From Leucoraja ocellata (Eukaryota), in NCBI GenBank assembly GCA_036785375.1, contig JAWMAR010001141.1, positions 124,001-188,000 on the forward strand: DNA of 64,000 bases, given 5' to 3'. Numbering within the stretch: the first letter of the stretch is position 1; every line of letters begins with the position of its first letter. The position numbers were made by a program, and so were the translations under genes. This document shows positions 61,448-64,000 of this stretch, in pieces. The notes below the pieces were generated by a model, which made no database searches, was not told where the DNA came from, and saw nothing but the letters and a program-made list of their open reading frames with translations.

Positions 61448-63434
61448 AAGTTGGTCTGAGCTTCTTCAAGTGTAGCTCGGTCCAACTGATACCACCACCT
61501 GGAAGGACCAGGTGGAAGCTGGCTGGTTCAACACTATTGTCAGTCGCCCATGATCCCCATTGCTCAGTTACTGTTTAAAAGTGCGTACTGTAGTTACATT
61601 GCTGAATTGGATACATGTTGACCTGGAACAATGATTTGTGAATGGACGATGAAATCTAGCAAAGCAACTGGACAATTGTTCATTAAATTCCAGGAATACA
61701 AAAGCAACATCAGCAGTGGTAGCCGTGAAGCCTAGTTTAGAGATGCAGTGTGGAAATGAGCCTGTCGACCCACTGAGTCCATACTGACCAGCGATCAGCC
61801 GTATACTAGTTCCATCCACACTAAGGGCAATTTTCAGAAGCTACTTAACTTAAAAACCTGTGTAGAAAGGAATCGCAGATGCTGGTTCATACTGAAGATA
61901 GGTGTGAGGTGCTGGAGTAACTCAATGGTTATACATCTTTTCTGGTGAAAAAGGATGGGTGACGTTTCAGTTCTGGACCCTTCACACCCCATTTGAAGAA
62001 TGGGCCCAATTTGAAACGTCTCCCAACCTTTCACTCCAGAGAATCTCTGAGAGATGTTGCCTGACTCATTGAGTTACTCCAACACTTTATATCTATCTTC
62101 AACTTACAAACTCGCACATCTTTGGGATTATATGACCGCATGGGTTTTCTCAGTTTGCTCAGGTATCCTCCCACATTCCAAATACATGCAGGCTTGTAGG
62201 TTAATTGGTTTCTGTAAATTGGTGTGTAGGAGAGAATTGTGCAAGATAGAATGGGTGATCACTGGTCAGTCCAGACTCGGAGGGCCGAAGGGCCTGTTTC
62301 CGTGAGGTATCTTTAAGCATAAATACAGAGTGCAGAATATAGTTCTCAGCATAGTAACACATCAGTTCCATATAGGAAGTCCAATGTCTACAATGGGGTA
62401 GAGGTGAATTTGACAGTACCCTAGTTTATGTAAGTGCCATTAGTGTTAAAGCGAAATTGAGCATTGAATGACTAACCCCTGCTTCTATTTCTTATGCTCT
62501 GAGTCATCAAGTCATGCTTCCAACTCATCAGTTCCAGTCACGCACCATATTGATTTCAAAATATATTATTGGCTGTGTCTGAGTCTGGAACACACTCCCC
62601 AATTGTGATGGAACCTTTGCCAGGATAGCAATGGTTCAACGAGGCAGCTAACAGCCACTTCAACGAGGGCAGTAAGGAATGGGCGATATGCACATGCCTT
62701 GTCAGCAACACTACAACCCCCAAATGAGTAAATAAATGCAGACGGTGAGGAAGTTCAGGTTTCCCCATGTCTGCAATAGTTTTAGAAAGTAGTGTGCAGA
62801 AGTGATGACAGTTTAAAAAAAAAAAATCTCATGAGTGTGGTGAATTTTTCCACAAAATAGTTTATACCACGTTTCCTTTTTTTTTTAAATCACGAGAATT
62901 CAGAGACTGCTTTATTGATAAACAAGTAATTTTGCAAACATGGCTGGCTTTCATTAAACCAAGACCAAATAAGGTGCAAATAAAATGTTGCGTTCATGCA
63001 TAATTGTGAAGTTAATTGCCTCAAAGCACCAGGAGACCCGGGTTTGATCCTGACCTGGGGTGCTGATTGTGTGGAGTTTGCAGGCTGACCCCCTAGGTTT
63101 CCTCCGGGTGCTCCGACCTCCCACTTCCCAAAGACGTACAGGTTTGTAGGTTAATTGGCCTCAGTAGAGAGTGGATGGGAAAGTGGGGTAACATCTAACG
63201 TGTGAATGGTGATCAATGGTTGATACGGACTTGATGGGCCGAAGGGCCTGTTTCCATGCTTTATCTCTCGACTAAACTAAACTAGTTCCTGACTGTGAGC
63301 GTTAGCAACCTGCATTGTACATTGGCAACTTGAGCTGAGTACACAAAATAGTTTCTGATCTTTGGTTCAAAGAATGAGAAATTGGTTATTGACTGCCCAA
63401 AATAACCAACCCAGCTGTTAATGCTACGTGACAA

Positions 63435-63525
63435 TCATAAATAGTTCCCTATTTCATGTAATTCTGTGTGAATCTCCTCACATCTCTGCTGGAATATTGG
63501 AGAATTCTCAGGGGAATTGACATTA
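63435..63525 (-). CDS. Possible terminal coding exon of an upstream gene beyond the window
   Basis: Acceptor-like gcgacacag, then open frame NVNSPENSPIFQQRCEEIHTELHEIGNYL*, and AATAAA near 62911; frame ambiguous. Confidence 0.25.
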
Positions 63526-63589
63526 CTGTGTCGCAAGCAATCAGGAAAAACACTAAAGGTTTAATGCTCGAAATTACACAGGGTCTCAC

Positions 63590-63905
63590 AATGGCACAGT
63601 GGTAGAGTTTGTTCCTCGCAGCGCCAGAGATCCGTGTTTGATCCTGACTATGGGTGCTGTCCGTACAGAATTTGTACGTTCTCCCCGTGACCAGTGTGAG
63701 TTTTCTCCGGGATCTCCGGCTTCCTCCCACACTCCAAAGGCGTACAGGTTTGTATGGTCATTGTCTTGGTATAATTGTAAATTATCCCTAGTGTGTGTAG
63801 GATAGTGCTAGTGTGTGGGGATCGCTGGTTAGTGCGGACTAGGTGGCCGAAGGGCCTGCTGCCATGCTGTATCTCGAAACTGAACTGAACTAAACTAAAC
63901 TAAAC
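63590..63905 (+). mobile_element. HE1-type SINE
   Basis: Head, core and (CTAAA)n tail. Confidence 0.85.
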
Positions 63906-64000
63906 TCCTCTTCTGTAAAAGTTAGTCATAGCTATCACTGTTATGAACAAACGTGAACATTCTCAGTCCAGAAAATAACAGTGTGAAGCTTTACACTTCA

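Overview
This is eukaryotic, repeat-dense vertebrate DNA, most likely from a cartilaginous fish (skate or ray), inferred from abundant HE1-type V-SINEs and HER1/CR1 LINEs. The host genes form a minus-strand cluster of single-V-domain CD300/pIgR-like (CMRF35-like, MDIR-type) immune receptors. I reconstructed two complete six-exon genes by hand. Gene B (58172->36332, 253 aa) has ITIM/ITSM-like tyrosine motifs. Gene A (31668->13003, 244 aa) has no ITIM and no charged transmembrane residue. A probable signal-peptide exon of a third gene lies at 2656->2560. An intact tRNA-Lys(TTT) sits in an intron of gene B. Between gene A and the third gene is a 4.9 kb DIRS1-type tyrosine-recombinase retrotransposon (5131-10060) with perfectly matching termini/ICR but decayed ORFs. 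Its 5' part carries a U2 snRNA-derived cassette (one 96-nt copy plus a second partial copy) among repeated splice-signal modules, which is the most unusual feature here. The rest is CR1, Rex/Babar, L2 and Tx1 fragments, Penelope-derived repeats with minimal hammerhead-ribozyme cores, Harbinger- and hAT-type MITEs, and a GC-rich non-autonomous family with interchangeable LINE tails. Most ORFs in the supplied track are spurious or TE-derived. Repeat coordinates are approximate and only representative SINE/LINE copies are listed.
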